Positions 19,700 through 29,774 of a stretch of DNA of 64,000 bases are shown piece after piece. A program made the position numbers and the translations under genes. Every line of letters begins with the position of its first letter. Positions within the stretch are counted from its first letter, which is position 1. The notes below the pieces were generated by a model, which was not told the origin of the DNA, did not search any database, and was given only the letters and a program-made list of their open reading frames with translations. Source of the DNA: an uncultured Bdellovibrionales bacterium (lineage in GTDB: Bacteria; Myxococcota; XYA12-FULL-58-9; CAYXVF01); contig CAYXVF010000016.1 of the NCBI GenBank assembly GCA_964468125.1, positions 5,538 through 69,537 of the forward strand. Direction: 5' to 3'.

Positions 19700-20851
19700 A
19701 TGAAGAAGAACTTCCTGTTTACCTCCGAATCTGTCAGCGAAGGCCATCCGGACAAGGTGGCGGACCAGATCTCCGACGCGATTCTCGACGCCATCATCGC
19801 GGACGACCCGATGGCGCGGGTGGCCTGCGAAACGCTCGTGAAGACCGGCTACGCGATGGTGGCTGGGGAGATTACGACCAAGACCTACGTCGAAATCCCC
19901 GACATCGTCCGAAACACGCTCAAACAGATCGGCTACAACTCGAGCGACATGGGTTTCGACTACGAAACTTGTGCCGTCCTCACCGCCATTGAAAAGCAAT
20001 CACCAGACATCAACCAGGGCGTCGACCGCGCTGACCCGGAAGAGCAGGGCGCGGGCGACCAGGGCATGATGTTCGGTTACGCCTGCGACGAGACCGACGA
20101 GCTCATGCCCGCGCCGATCCAGTATTCGCACCGGCTGGTGAGGAAGCTCGCGGAGCTCCGCCACTCGGGTACCCTGAAATTCCTTCGGCCGGACAGCAAG
20201 AGTCAGGTCACGTTCCAGTACGAGGATGGTAGGCCGAAGGCGGTGACGACCGTCGTGATCTCGACACAGCACACGCCGGACGTCGAGCAGAAGACCCTGC
20301 AGGACGCGGTGATCGCCGACGTCATCGAAAAAGTGATCCCGAAGGAGCTTCGCGCTTCCAACATCGCATACCACGTCAACCCAACGGGCAAGTTCGTCAT
20401 CGGTGGCCCGATGGGAGATGCGGGGCTGACCGGCCGAAAGATCATCGTAGACACCTACGGCGGAATGGGCCGTCACGGCGGCGGTGCTTTTAGCGGTAAG
20501 GACCCGTCGAAGGTGGACCGAAGCGCGGCCTACTATGCGCGCTACATCGCGAAGAACATCGTCGCCGCCGGTCTCGCCAACAAGTGCGAGGTGCAGCTCG
20601 CCTACGCGATCGGCGTTGCGGAGCCGGTCTCGATCATGGTCGACACCTTCGGGACCGGCCAGGTCGCCGAGGAGAAGATCGAAGCCGCGGTGCGCGAAGA
20701 GTTCTCGGCGCGGCCCGCCGCGTTGATCAGGCGCCTCGACCTGCTGAAGCCCGTCTACCGCCAAACCGCTGCCTACGGCCACTTCGGGCGTCCCGAGTTC
20801 ACGTGGGAGAAGACAGACGCGGCCGAGCGCCTGAAGTCCCTCGTCGGCTGA
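19700..20851 (+). CDS. metK: S-adenosylmethionine synthetase
   Basis: 383 aa. [42 protein letters not shown]...[19 protein letters not shown]: canonical MetK motifs. Confidence 0.95.
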   Translation: MKKNFLFTSESVSEGHPDKVADQISDAILDAIIADDPMARVACETLVKTGYAMVAGEITTKTYVEIPDIVRNTLKQIGYNSSDMGFDYETCAVLTAIEKQSPDINQGVDRADPEEQGAGDQGMMFGYACDETDELMPAPIQYSHRLVRKLAELRHSGTLKFLRPDSKSQVTFQYEDGRPKAVTTVVISTQHTPDVEQKTLQDAVIADVIEKVIPKELRASNIAYHVNPTGKFVIGGPMGDAGLTGRKIIVDTYGGMGRHGGGAFSGKDPSKVDRSAAYYARYIAKNIVAAGLANKCEVQLAYAIGVAEPVSIMVDTFGTGQVAEEKIEAAVREEFSARPAALIRRLDLLKPVYRQTAAYGHFGRPEFTWEKTDAAERLKSLVG

Positions 20852-20931
20852 AGTGGGGCATAGACCTCCGCAGCAGAGCGTTGTAAAGCGCAGGGCTCAT
20901 CGTTGCCCCTCGAGGCTTTGCGGAGTGAGCC

Positions 20932-21756
20932 ATCAGCACCTTTGAAGCGCTGATCCTCGGGATCATCCAGGGACTGACCGAATACCTGCCGGTCTCGAGC
21001 TCAGGACACCTCGTCCTCGGCCGCGAGCTGTTGGGCATCGGCGAGCCGGACCTCTTTTTCGACATTCTGGTGCACGTGGCGACACTGGTCGTCACGCTGA
21101 TTATCTATGCGCGCCCCGTGGCATCGATGACCGGCGACCTGATCGCGGGCGCCAACGAGGTGGCGCGGGGTTGCGCCCTAGGAGCGATGCTGGCGGAGCG
21201 GCCGGACGCAAAGCTCTCTCTGCTCATCATCGCGGGCACCGTACCCACCGGAGTCATCGGCGTCGTGTTCAAGGACGCCCTCGAGTCTCTCTTTGAGATC
21301 CCGGTTGCCGCGAGCGCCATGCTCATGGTCACCGCGGCGCTCCTCATTGCAACGCGCTTCACGCGGGCGGACGGGCGCAAGGATGCGGAGATGACCCTGC
21401 GCGACGCACTGATCATCGGGCTCGTGCAGGGTTTTGCGATCATCCCGGGAATTTCCCGCAGCGGTTCGACCATCGCCGCGGCCCTTCTCCTCGGACTGGA
21501 CCGTGAGCTCGCAGCGCGCTTTTCCTTCCTGCTTTCCGTCCCCGCGATCCTTGGGGCACTCGTCCTGAAGCTGCGCGACCTGGAGGCGGGGGTGGCGATT
21601 TCCGGGAGCGCCCTCGGCGTCGGCTTCGTTGCGGCGCTCGCGACCGGGTTCGTGGCGCTGGTCGTGCTTCTCCCCCTCGTTCGCCGCGGCCAGCTCCACT
21701 GGTTCGCGATCTATCTCGTGCCGGTCTCGATCGCCGGCGTTATCCTCGCCCGGTGA
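20932..21756 (+). CDS. uppP: Undecaprenyl-diphosphatase
   Basis: Conserved N-terminus (I/M)STFEALILGIIQGLTEYLPVSSSGHL begins at ATC 20932, 6 nt after GGAG (20922-20925). In-frame TGA at 20926-20928. No in-frame ATG/GTG before TTG 21031. PGISRSGSTIAA motif present. Confidence 0.7.
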   Translation: MSTFEALILGIIQGLTEYLPVSSSGHLVLGRELLGIGEPDLFFDILVHVATLVVTLIIYARPVASMTGDLIAGANEVARGCALGAMLAERPDAKLSLLIIAGTVPTGVIGVVFKDALESLFEIPVAASAMLMVTAALLIATRFTRADGRKDAEMTLRDALIIGLVQGFAIIPGISRSGSTIAAALLLGLDRELAARFSFLLSVPAILGALVLKLRDLEAGVAISGSALGVGFVAALATGFVALVVLLPLVRRGQLHWFAIYLVPVSIAGVILAR

Positions 21757-22334
21757 AGCTGGAGATCATCATCGACGCTCTGCGTGCCTACGAGCCGCGG
21801 CCGCTCGCACGTGGGTCTATGGCACCGGCGGCCGTCCTCGTGCCTCTGCGTGAGCGCGGCGACGCGACCGCTGAGCTGGTCCTCACCCGGCGCGCGGAGG
21901 GCCTCGGCTCGCACGCGGGACAGGTCGCCTTTCCCGGCGGCAAGGTCGATCCGGACGACCCCACGGTCGAGGACGCGGCGCTCCGTGAAGCGCAAGAGGA
22001 GCTCGGGATCGATCCCCGGCGGGTGGAGCTCGTCGGCGCCCTCGACCACATTCCATCGGTGACCGGATTTCACGTGACCCCGGTCGTGGGCATCGTCGAC
22101 CCCGCGGTCGCCTTTGTGCCGAACCCGGGAGAGGTTGCGCGGGTGTTCACCGTCCCCGTTTCCGAGCTGATGCAGCTCGACCGTTGGGAGCTGCGAAACC
22201 ATCTGCATCGCGGCGGTGAGGTGAAGGTCTGGCATTTTCCCTGGGATGGCGAGGAAATCTGGGGAATGACCGGCTTCATGCTCCGTCGTTTCGTCGAAAT
22301 GCTCGACGCCTTTTACGGTTCCGCGCGACCGTGA
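21753..22334 (+). CDS. Nudix hydrolase, CoA pyrophosphatase (NudL-like)
   Basis: 193 aa. Nudix box GGKVDPDDPTVEDAALREAQEELG. Start overlaps the uppP stop. Confidence 0.75.
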   Translation: MKLEIIIDALRAYEPRPLARGSMAPAAVLVPLRERGDATAELVLTRRAEGLGSHAGQVAFPGGKVDPDDPTVEDAALREAQEELGIDPRRVELVGALDHIPSVTGFHVTPVVGIVDPAVAFVPNPGEVARVFTVPVSELMQLDRWELRNHLHRGGEVKVWHFPWDGEEIWGMTGFMLRRFVEMLDAFYGSARP

Positions 22335-22350
22335 TAAGGACTCGTCGCCC

Positions 22351-22809
22351 ATGAAAGGACGACCCGTGAAGAGGATTCTGCCCACCGCGATCTTCCTCGT
22401 GGCGACCACTGCCGCGGCGCAAAACGAGGCACCAGACGTTGACCCGAGCGAGGACGACATCGGTCTGAAGATCGGGACCGTCGAAGAAGGGGACGATGAG
22501 CGCAAGAGTTATCGTTCGCGACGGCCGAAGGTTCGCGACGGTTCTTGGCTCGCGAAAGACAAGCCTCTCCCGGAGGTAGTCAAGGTCCGCAGCCGCTACG
22601 AGGCTTTTCTCGAGGCCGAGCTTCGCAAGCACTACGCGCGCCTGGCGGTCTTGGACCGCATCATGGAGCTCGCCGAGGAGAACGACGACGACAGCCTCGC
22701 CGCTCGCACCGACACGGTTCGGCGCAAGGAAGTGCAGCGCTTTCGTCGCGTCATGACCGACTTTCGAGCCCAGGCCCAAGCGCGTCGGGTGGCGGGGTTT
22801 GACGAGTGA
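22351..22809 (+). CDS. Small secreted protein
   Basis: 152 aa. Signal peptide ILPTAIFLVATTAAA|Q. Charged helical remainder. Confidence 0.4.
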   Translation: MKGRPVKRILPTAIFLVATTAAAQNEAPDVDPSEDDIGLKIGTVEEGDDERKSYRSRRPKVRDGSWLAKDKPLPEVVKVRSRYEAFLEAELRKHYARLAVLDRIMELAEENDDDSLAARTDTVRRKEVQRFRRVMTDFRAQAQARRVAGFDE

Positions 22810-23066
22810 TGCGCACTCTCACGCTGCTAGGACTGTTCTTGCTCGCCGGGTGTGGGGGATGCGGTGAGACGCCGTCGAGTCCGGCCCCAACGCCAGACCA
22901 AGGCCCGGTGACACTGAAGGAGCCGAGCACGGAGCCCGGAGAATCCACCGGAAGCTCGGCCTACCGCGAAGCCTACGACCGTGCCCACGACGAGATCACC
23001 ATCGACAACGCGCGCGAACGCCTCGACACCCTAAATCGTGAGATCGAAGAGGACCTGAAGAAGTGA
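22806..23066 (+). CDS. Small lipoprotein
   Basis: 86 aa. LLGLFLLAGC lipobox. Start overlaps the upstream stop (TGATG). Confidence 0.4.
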   Translation: MMRTLTLLGLFLLAGCGGCGETPSSPAPTPDQGPVTLKEPSTEPGESTGSSAYREAYDRAHDEITIDNARERLDTLNREIEEDLKK

Positions 23067-24445
23067 ACGTGAACGAAGGCATCTTTCGCCAGTACGACAT
23101 TCGTGGAATCGTAGGCGAGACACTCAACGCCGAAGTCGCCCGGGCCCTCGGTTGCGCCGTCGGTACAACGGTTCGACGTGGCGGTGGCGGTCGAATCGTC
23201 GTCGCTCGCGACGGCCGGATCTCTGGTCCCGAGCTGCAGGAGGCGTTCGTGTCCGGCGCGCTCTCCACCGGGGTCGACGTAGACCGTGTCGGAGTCGTCC
23301 CGTCCCCGGTGGGCTACTGGGCGATCCCGCATCTGGAGGCCGACGGCGGCGTCGTGATCACCGGCAGTCACAATCCTTCGAGCTACAACGGCTTCAAGAT
23401 CACCCTTCTCGGCCGGTCGGTCTGGGGCGATGGGATTCAACGGCTGCGAGCGCTCGTGGAATCAGAGGACTTCGAGCGCGGCGAAGGTACGGTCCGCGAC
23501 CGAGACGTCTTGGAGCGCTACGTCGACGAGCTCGCCGAGAATCTCGCGCCCGCAAGGCGCAAGCTCAAGGTCGTCGTGGACGCGGGCAACGGGGTTGGAG
23601 GACTCAGCGCGGTCCCGCTCTTCGAGCGCATGGGTCACGAGGTCGTGCCCCTCTACGTCGACGTGGACGGCCGATTTCCCAATCACCACGCTGATCCGAC
23701 CGTGGAGGAGAATCTGAGCGCCTTGAAGGCGGCAGTAGCTGAGCACGGAGCGGATTTGGGCATCGGCCTCGATGGCGACGGTGATCGAATCGGGGTCGTG
23801 GCGCATGACGGCACGGTGATTTGGGGGGACCGATTGATGATCCTCCTCGCCCGAGCGGTGCTTCAGGAGGAGCCGGGCGCGACTATCATCGGGGAAGTGA
23901 AATGCTCGAAGACCATGTACGACGAGATCGCGAAAGCCGGCGGTCACCCGGTGATGTGGATCACCGGTCATTCGCTGATCAAAGAAAAGATGAAGGAGAC
24001 CGGTGCCGCTCTCGCAGGGGAAATGAGTGGCCACATCTTCTTCAAGCATCGCTACTACGGCTTTGACGACGCCACCTACGCGGGTGGACGGCTCCTCGAG
24101 CTCGTGAGTGGCAGCGACCAGAGCGTGAAGGATTTGCTGTCGGTCGTACCCGAAATGCACTCGACGCCGGAGCTTCGCCGCGAGTGCCCGGATGAGCTCA
24201 AGTTCGAAGTCGTGAAACGGGTCGTGGCGCGCTTCAAAGAAGAGGCGGAGCGCGAAGGCTTTGAGGTGCTCGACATCGACGGCGCGCGCGTGCAGTGGCC
24301 CGATGGCTGGGGGCTCGTGCGGGCGAGCAACACCACGCCGCTTCTCGTTCTGCGTTATGAGGCCGAGACCGAGGCGCGCCTCGACGAGATCCGCGCTCGA
24401 ATCGAGGCGGCGATCGACGACGCGATGGGAGCGGTGAGCGCATGA
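23063..24445 (+). CDS. Phosphomannomutase/phosphoglucomutase
   Basis: 460 aa. IFRQYDIRG, active-site GSHNPSSYNGFK, Mg loop GLDGDGDR, sugar-binding GEMSGH. Confidence 0.85.
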   Translation: MNVNEGIFRQYDIRGIVGETLNAEVARALGCAVGTTVRRGGGGRIVVARDGRISGPELQEAFVSGALSTGVDVDRVGVVPSPVGYWAIPHLEADGGVVITGSHNPSSYNGFKITLLGRSVWGDGIQRLRALVESEDFERGEGTVRDRDVLERYVDELAENLAPARRKLKVVVDAGNGVGGLSAVPLFERMGHEVVPLYVDVDGRFPNHHADPTVEENLSALKAAVAEHGADLGIGLDGDGDRIGVVAHDGTVIWGDRLMILLARAVLQEEPGATIIGEVKCSKTMYDEIAKAGGHPVMWITGHSLIKEKMKETGAALAGEMSGHIFFKHRYYGFDDATYAGGRLLELVSGSDQSVKDLLSVVPEMHSTPELRRECPDELKFEVVKRVVARFKEEAEREGFEVLDIDGARVQWPDGWGLVRASNTTPLLVLRYEAETEARLDEIRARIEAAIDDAMGAVSA

Positions 24446-25377
24446 AGCGTTCGATCGGTGTAGACATTGGCGGGACCAACCTGCGCGCCGCCATCGTCGA
24501 TAGCTCCGGCGCAATCCACGAGGTCCATCGCCAGAAGGTCTCCGATCGATCCGTCGATGGGCTCGCCGAAAGCGTCCGTGAGGCCGTGGAAGCGATCGGC
24601 GGCGACGAGGAGCGAGGCCCGGTCGGCGTGGGGATCGCTGGGTCGGTGCGCGCCGCCGAAGGAATCGTCGCCGTGGCTCCGCAGCTCGGCTGGCGTGAAG
24701 CGCCTTTCGGAGCGGCCCTCCAGCGCGAGCTCCAGCGGCCAGTGCGGCTCGTGAACGACCTCTCGGCGATCTGCCTCGGCGAAGCGCGCGTCGGTGCCGG
24801 CGACGGCTCGGGCGAGGTCGCCTGTTTGTTCGTGGGCACGGGCGTCGGTTTGGGCGTCGTAGCCCACGGCAAGCTCGTGGAGGGGCAGGACGGTCTCGCC
24901 AGTGAATTTGGACACGTGCGTTTCGATGCGAGTCCCGATGCGCGCGCCTGCAATTGCGGGCAGAAGGGGTGTATCGAGGCCTTCCTCGGCGGCACGCACC
25001 TGCCGGCACGGCTGCGCGAGGTCGCGCGCTCACGCGGAATCGAAAGCCCTCTTCTGTCGCGCGACGATCTGAACTCGTCCGTAATCGAGCAGGAGGCGCA
25101 GGCCGAGGAGCCGGCGGCGGTCGCCTTGTGGGAAGACAGCGCGGTCAAGCTCGCCTGGGCGATGGGGGCGGTGCTCATGACGTTCAACCCGAAGGTCTTG
25201 GTGCTCGGTGGCGGCGTGCTCTCGACCGCACCGTCGCTGGCCGAGCGCGCAAAAGCGCTGCTTCCGGATTTTGCCTGGGAGAGCTTCCGAGCCAACACCG
25301 AGATCCGCACGACCCTGCTCGGCGACGACGCGGGCATTCTCGGTGCTGCGTTGATCGCGGCGGACGAAAGCGACTGA
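24442..25377 (+). CDS. ROK-family glucokinase
   Basis: 311 aa. IGVDIGGTN N-terminus. ROK Zn motif CNCGQKGCIEAF. Confidence 0.8.
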   Translation: MKRSIGVDIGGTNLRAAIVDSSGAIHEVHRQKVSDRSVDGLAESVREAVEAIGGDEERGPVGVGIAGSVRAAEGIVAVAPQLGWREAPFGAALQRELQRPVRLVNDLSAICLGEARVGAGDGSGEVACLFVGTGVGLGVVAHGKLVEGQDGLASEFGHVRFDASPDARACNCGQKGCIEAFLGGTHLPARLREVARSRGIESPLLSRDDLNSSVIEQEAQAEEPAAVALWEDSAVKLAWAMGAVLMTFNPKVLVLGGGVLSTAPSLAERAKALLPDFAWESFRANTEIRTTLLGDDAGILGAALIAADESD

Positions 25378-25384
25378 GACCCGG

Positions 25385-26200
25385 TCAGCGGACCCGCTCG
25401 GACACCTGCGCGGCGAAGCGGTGCAGTGCGTCTTCGTCGCCTTCGATCTGCTCCGCCAAATCCACCAGGCGAGCGGAGAGCTCGCGCAAGCGGTCCGGCA
25501 GGTAGGCATTTTTGCTGCTCACGTCCGCCATCACCTGCGGATCGAAGCTCGCCCGTTTGGTCACGTCCACCCATTGGGGACCGGCGGCTTTGAGCGCCTC
25601 CGGATCGGCGGTGCCGAGCTCGGCCAGGGTCAGGGCCACGACATAGGGCAGATGCGAGGTAGTCGCCACAGAGCGGTCGTGATCGTGCGGGCTCATGCGC
25701 TCCGGCAGGGCGCCGATCGACTCCCACATGGCCTCCACCCGAGCCGTCGCGTCCTCGTCGTCCTCTGGGCAGATGATGACCCGGGCATCCTCGAAGAGGT
25801 CCGCCCGGGACTGTTCGAAACCGCCTCGGGTACCGCCCACCATCGGATGGGCGCCGACGAAGGTCGCGTGGTTGAGCAGTCGCTCCCCAGCCTCGACCAC
25901 CGGCACCTTTACCCCGATCGCATCGGTGACCACCGTTTGCTCATCGAGAAGAGGGTCCAGGGCGGTGAGCGTTTCTTCAAAAGCCGAAAGCGGGGTGCAG
26001 AGGATCACGACATCGCAGCCGGAGAGGGACTCGTCGACACCCTCGTTGACGCGATGAAAGATCTCGCAGGCCAGCGCGGCCTCGCGGTTAGCGCGCGACG
26101 GCTCGACCCCTACCAGCTCGCAGGTGGGGTGGCTTTCGCGCAGCGCCTTCGCCAGAGAGCCTCCGATGAGGCCACATCCGATCACACCGAATCTCGCCAT
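25385..26200 (-). CDS. tyrA: Prephenate/arogenate dehydrogenase
   Basis: ATG 26200. MARFGVIGCGLIGGSLA Rossmann motif. HPMVGG catalytic motif. Confidence 0.8.
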   Translation of the reverse strand: MARFGVIGCGLIGGSLAKALRESHPTCELVGVEPSRANREAALACEIFHRVNEGVDESLSGCDVVILCTPLSAFEETLTALDPLLDEQTVVTDAIGVKVPVVEAGERLLNHATFVGAHPMVGGTRGGFEQSRADLFEDARVIICPEDDEDATARVEAMWESIGALPERMSPHDHDRSVATTSHLPYVVALTLAELGTADPEALKAAGPQWVDVTKRASFDPQVMADVSSKNAYLPDRLRELSARLVDLAEQIEGDEDALHRFAAQVSERVR

Positions 26201-26455
26201 GCCTTTGTCATACACCGATCGGTGGAAATCAGACACGTGACCTAGCTCAAGGCATCCGATCGTCGACTCCCCTAAGAGCATCAGCCACCTCACTGGGGAG
26301 TGGGAAATGGATCCGAAGACACTCGAATTTGTGGGCCTCGGAGCAGGCGCGTTCGTTCTTCTCTTCGTTGATGCGTTCGTTCGCAGTATCGTTCACGACC
26401 TCGACGAGCCGCCCCCGGGCCTCGAGCTCGAGCACGCCGGCGCGGGGCACTGATC

Positions 26456-27559
26456 CTAGCGCACCCCGAGGGAAAAGGGCGGCACGTCCGTGGCGATCGG
26501 ACCTTCGACGTCGCCGGTGCCGAGGTCGATGCGATAGACGCCGGCGCTGTCGTCCGCTGAGCGGTCGCCGACAAAGAGCGTCGCGCCACTCACTGCCAAG
26601 CCCGAAAGGCTGAAGCCGGGTGAGTCGAAGAGGATCTCGGGGGCACCGGCGCTCACCCGCACCGCCCGCATTTCCTCGGTGGAGAACGGCTCGCTTCCGG
26701 GCACCGCGACGAGGGTGATCGGGTCCGAGCCCGCAAGGGCGAGCCCGTTCGGATAGCCGCCCAACGCCGCGTCACTCACCACTAGGGTCGCGCTGTTGTC
26801 GCCGCTGTCGACGGCGACGATGCCACCCTCTCCGTCGCCGCTGAAGTCACCGGCACAGGCGACGAAGAGCGTGTCGCCGGCGGCGAGAATTCGGCTGATC
26901 GGATTGATGCAGGGGAGCTCGATCGGATCGACTTCGGGCGTCGTGTCGTCGGCGTCGACGATCGCGAGGCTCCCGGCGTCGACGATCACGAGCTGGCCAT
27001 TGCCGGTCGGCACGAAGCTCTCCAAGCGTTGGATCGCGACATAGATTCGATCGCCGATCCGCGCCGCCCCCGCCATGTCCGGGATCCCATCCGGGCCCGC
27101 AAAGGCTGACAGGTCCGTCGCCGGGATCGATGTGCTCTGCGTCACGCGCCGTGCCTGCGCCTCGGCTCCGCAGGTGACAAAGAAGTCTCCGTTGTCGAGG
27201 GGCAGTGCTTCGAGGGCGTTGCAGCCGCTGAGGGGGACTTCCGTCGTGACCAGGAGCTCATCGTTGAGGGTGATGAGTGAGCTCGTGGCACCCCGGTTCA
27301 TGATCTGCACCGGACCCGACTCGCGCACGCGTACCAGCGCATCCCCGCTCACGCTCACCAATCCGCTCGTGGAGCTCGGACACTCGGGGCCCACGGCTTC
27401 GAGCGAGCTCGCGTCAAAAGCGAGGGTCGTTGCGAGCACGAAGAGCACACCTTCTTCGACCGCCCGCACGATGCAGGGGTCTTCGGTCGCGGGGTCGTCG
27501 TCCGAGCAGGCGACGAGCGGCGGCGCGAGTAGTGGAAGAATGACAGCAATTCTCTTCAT
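26456..27559 (-). CDS. Lipoprotein (repetitive beta-rich, possibly beta-propeller)
   Basis: 367 aa. ILPLLAPPLVAC lipobox. Start overlaps the TonB-dependent receptor stop (ATGA). Confidence 0.5.
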   Translation of the reverse strand: MKRIAVILPLLAPPLVACSDDDPATEDPCIVRAVEEGVLFVLATTLAFDASSLEAVGPECPSSTSGLVSVSGDALVRVRESGPVQIMNRGATSSLITLNDELLVTTEVPLSGCNALEALPLDNGDFFVTCGAEAQARRVTQSTSIPATDLSAFAGPDGIPDMAGAARIGDRIYVAIQRLESFVPTGNGQLVIVDAGSLAIVDADDTTPEVDPIELPCINPISRILAAGDTLFVACAGDFSGDGEGGIVAVDSGDNSATLVVSDAALGGYPNGLALAGSDPITLVAVPGSEPFSTEEMRAVRVSAGAPEILFDSPGFSLSGLAVSGATLFVGDRSADDSAGVYRIDLGTGDVEGPIATDVPPFSLGVR

Positions 27560-29508
27560 GAATCACTCCGATAGGTCAGACCGAGAAAGGCGGTCCGTCC
27601 GGAAATGGGGTAGGCCGAAAAATCACTCAGACCCGCCGTCACCGGCGCAGCTGCGCCAGGTACGGTGAGTGTGTCTCGAATCGTGTCGGTGAGGTTGAAG
27701 AGCGCCGCGTGAATCTCGAAACGCGCGCCCGCGTTTACTCGGATGAAGGCGTCTTGCAACACGCGCGCGGGAACCGGCCGTAAGTCGTTGCTCGCGAGAG
27801 TGCGTTGAGAAACGAAGTCGACGACCCAACCGAATCGCGCACGGCCCCAGGCGAGCTCGGCGGTGCCGTTCACGTGGTGGGTGGCGAGGCCTGGAATTCG
27901 GCTGTCCGTGCTCACGTCACGCCCGTCCGAGAGACTGTAGGCGACACGGAGAGACGCGGGGCCGCGTTCGAGGAACCCGAGGGCCTCGAGCCCATCGACC
28001 CGTGCCCTCCCGACGTTCTCAGCGCGTACACTCTGCTGGCTGTTTTGCACCAGGACGATCAAATCGCGGGCGTTCAGGGTGAAGCCGGTCAACTCGAGAA
28101 ATGCCGACGGGTCGCCGCAGCGTGCCCCGAGGTCGGCGGTCAAGGCGGACTCAGACTGCAGGTCTGCGTTCGCGATGGTGAGCACGTTGTCGCCGAAGCG
28201 TTCGAGAAGAGTGGGCAGCCGGTGCCGTCGACCGGCGAGGGTGTGAAATCGACAGGGACCGACGACCGCGGTGGCCCCTCCCGTGGGGCTGAGCTCCGCA
28301 AGCGTGTCCCCGCTGAGTCGCTCCACGTCGCCCCGCAGCCGAGCAAAGAGATCGACCCCGGTGATGAGATTCGTCGACCATTCGATGCCAGAGCCCAACG
28401 CCAGCGAGTCTCGGTCGTCGGCCACCTCGTCCAAGATCAGCCCGGACGTAGATTCGATCCGATAGCGGTAGGCGCTCAGGCGTAGCGCGGCGTCGAGCGC
28501 GTTCGAGTCGTTCAGGCGATACTCGAAACGCAGATCTCCCGCGAGTTGAGCGAGGCGCTGCGTCGACGACTGGGTACCGAGCCCGAGGCTTTGGTCGGGA
28601 TCGTCGAGGCGCCGCATTCCCGTGAGCAAGTCGAGGCCGAAGTTCAGGGTCGTCGGGCCTAGCTCCCACCGGTCGCGGGAAAGGCGCAGGAGTGCCTGCG
28701 CGTCCTCGGAGGTCGCAGTGACACCATTTGCCGATCCGGGGCCTGGAACACCCTGCTCCCGGTCGACGACCCATCCCCAGGCGCGTGCGCTTCCGCTGCT
28801 GCGGGGGAGCTCGTAGGAGAGTCGAGCATTGACGCGGCGTTGCTGGTTATTCTCCCGCCGACGTTCGGAGTCGTCGACGTCCGTGAAGGTCGTGCCGCCG
28901 TCGTCGTAATACGGGTAGTCGAATCGTCCCGTGATTCCGCCGAGGCGGAGGGAGAGCTGTCCGGGGCCGAGCTGGTCCGCGTAGGTGCCGTTCAGGCGAT
29001 ACTCGAGAAAGGAGCCGACGCCCGCGTGAGCCCGAAGATGGTGCCCCTCGGGCTGTTTGCTGCGGAGGCGGATCATGCCGCCGAGCGGCGCGGGGAAGCG
29101 CACGGGCCCCGAGCCGCGGTAGACTTCGATCGAGTTGAGCTCGTCGAGGTCGAAGAAGGCGAGGTCGATCGGAACCAGCGTGGCGGAGGTGAGGGGAACC
29201 TCGTCGAGGACGACGGCGACCGAACGACCGCTCAGACCGCGTAGACTGACGCTCGTGAAGCTCTGGTTCGAGCCCGTTCGGCGCAGGGACACGCCAGGCA
29301 CGGATTGGAGCACGTCGGAGATGACGCGACCGCTGTCGGTCCAGCGCTCCGCCTCGAGAACGTCGACGCTATCGGGGACCGCTTCGCGATCGCGCGTCGC
29401 ACGGACGACGGTACCGAGCTCGATCTCGCTCGCTTTGTCATCGTCGGGCGGGGCACTGGCCGCAAGACACGCAACCAGAGCAGCCCAGCTGGGGACGCTC
29501 ACACTCAC
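27556..29508 (-). CDS. TonB-dependent receptor
   Basis: 650 aa. Signal peptide. Plug-domain motifs (IEVYRGSG..., DEVPL). Long beta-barrel. Confidence 0.65.
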   Translation of the reverse strand: MSVSVPSWAALVACLAASAPPDDDKASEIELGTVVRATRDREAVPDSVDVLEAERWTDSGRVISDVLQSVPGVSLRRTGSNQSFTSVSLRGLSGRSVAVVLDEVPLTSATLVPIDLAFFDLDELNSIEVYRGSGPVRFPAPLGGMIRLRSKQPEGHHLRAHAGVGSFLEYRLNGTYADQLGPGQLSLRLGGITGRFDYPYYDDGGTTFTDVDDSERRRENNQQRRVNARLSYELPRSSGSARAWGWVVDREQGVPGPGSANGVTATSEDAQALLRLSRDRWELGPTTLNFGLDLLTGMRRLDDPDQSLGLGTQSSTQRLAQLAGDLRFEYRLNDSNALDAALRLSAYRYRIESTSGLILDEVADDRDSLALGSGIEWSTNLITGVDLFARLRGDVERLSGDTLAELSPTGGATAVVGPCRFHTLAGRRHRLPTLLERFGDNVLTIANADLQSESALTADLGARCGDPSAFLELTGFTLNARDLIVLVQNSQQSVRAENVGRARVDGLEALGFLERGPASLRVAYSLSDGRDVSTDSRIPGLATHHVNGTAELAWGRARFGWVVDFVSQRTLASNDLRPVPARVLQDAFIRVNAGARFEIHAALFNLTDTIRDTLTVPGAAAPVTAGLSDFSAYPISGRTAFLGLTYRSDS

Positions 29509-29774
29509 ACCTCACCTCCCTAATCCCGAGGGAGCGGCGTTTGTGCTCGTGGGTCGGTCTCCTGGCTCGTGAACGCAGCTGTAATCTGCGCTGCCCCAGC
29601 CTTCCCAGCCAGCCTTTGCCAGCCAGTGGCTTCACGGGGCGGGAGAGCAGTCGCTCTCCTCACTCACAGTGGCGGGTCCGCGCCGGATTCTCACCGGCTT
29701 CCCAGGATGCGCGCAGCGCACCCACCCCCGAGCGGGCTCGATTTCTACTTAGCGAATCACAAATCGAATGGCAA

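Noticed and set aside
26247-26450. 67-aa minus-strand ORF upstream of tyrA in a locally AT-richer stretch
   Set aside because: No signal or motif. The region is more likely the tyrA promoter or leader and the 3' UTR of the lipoprotein operon. Lower GC is consistent with non-coding DNA.
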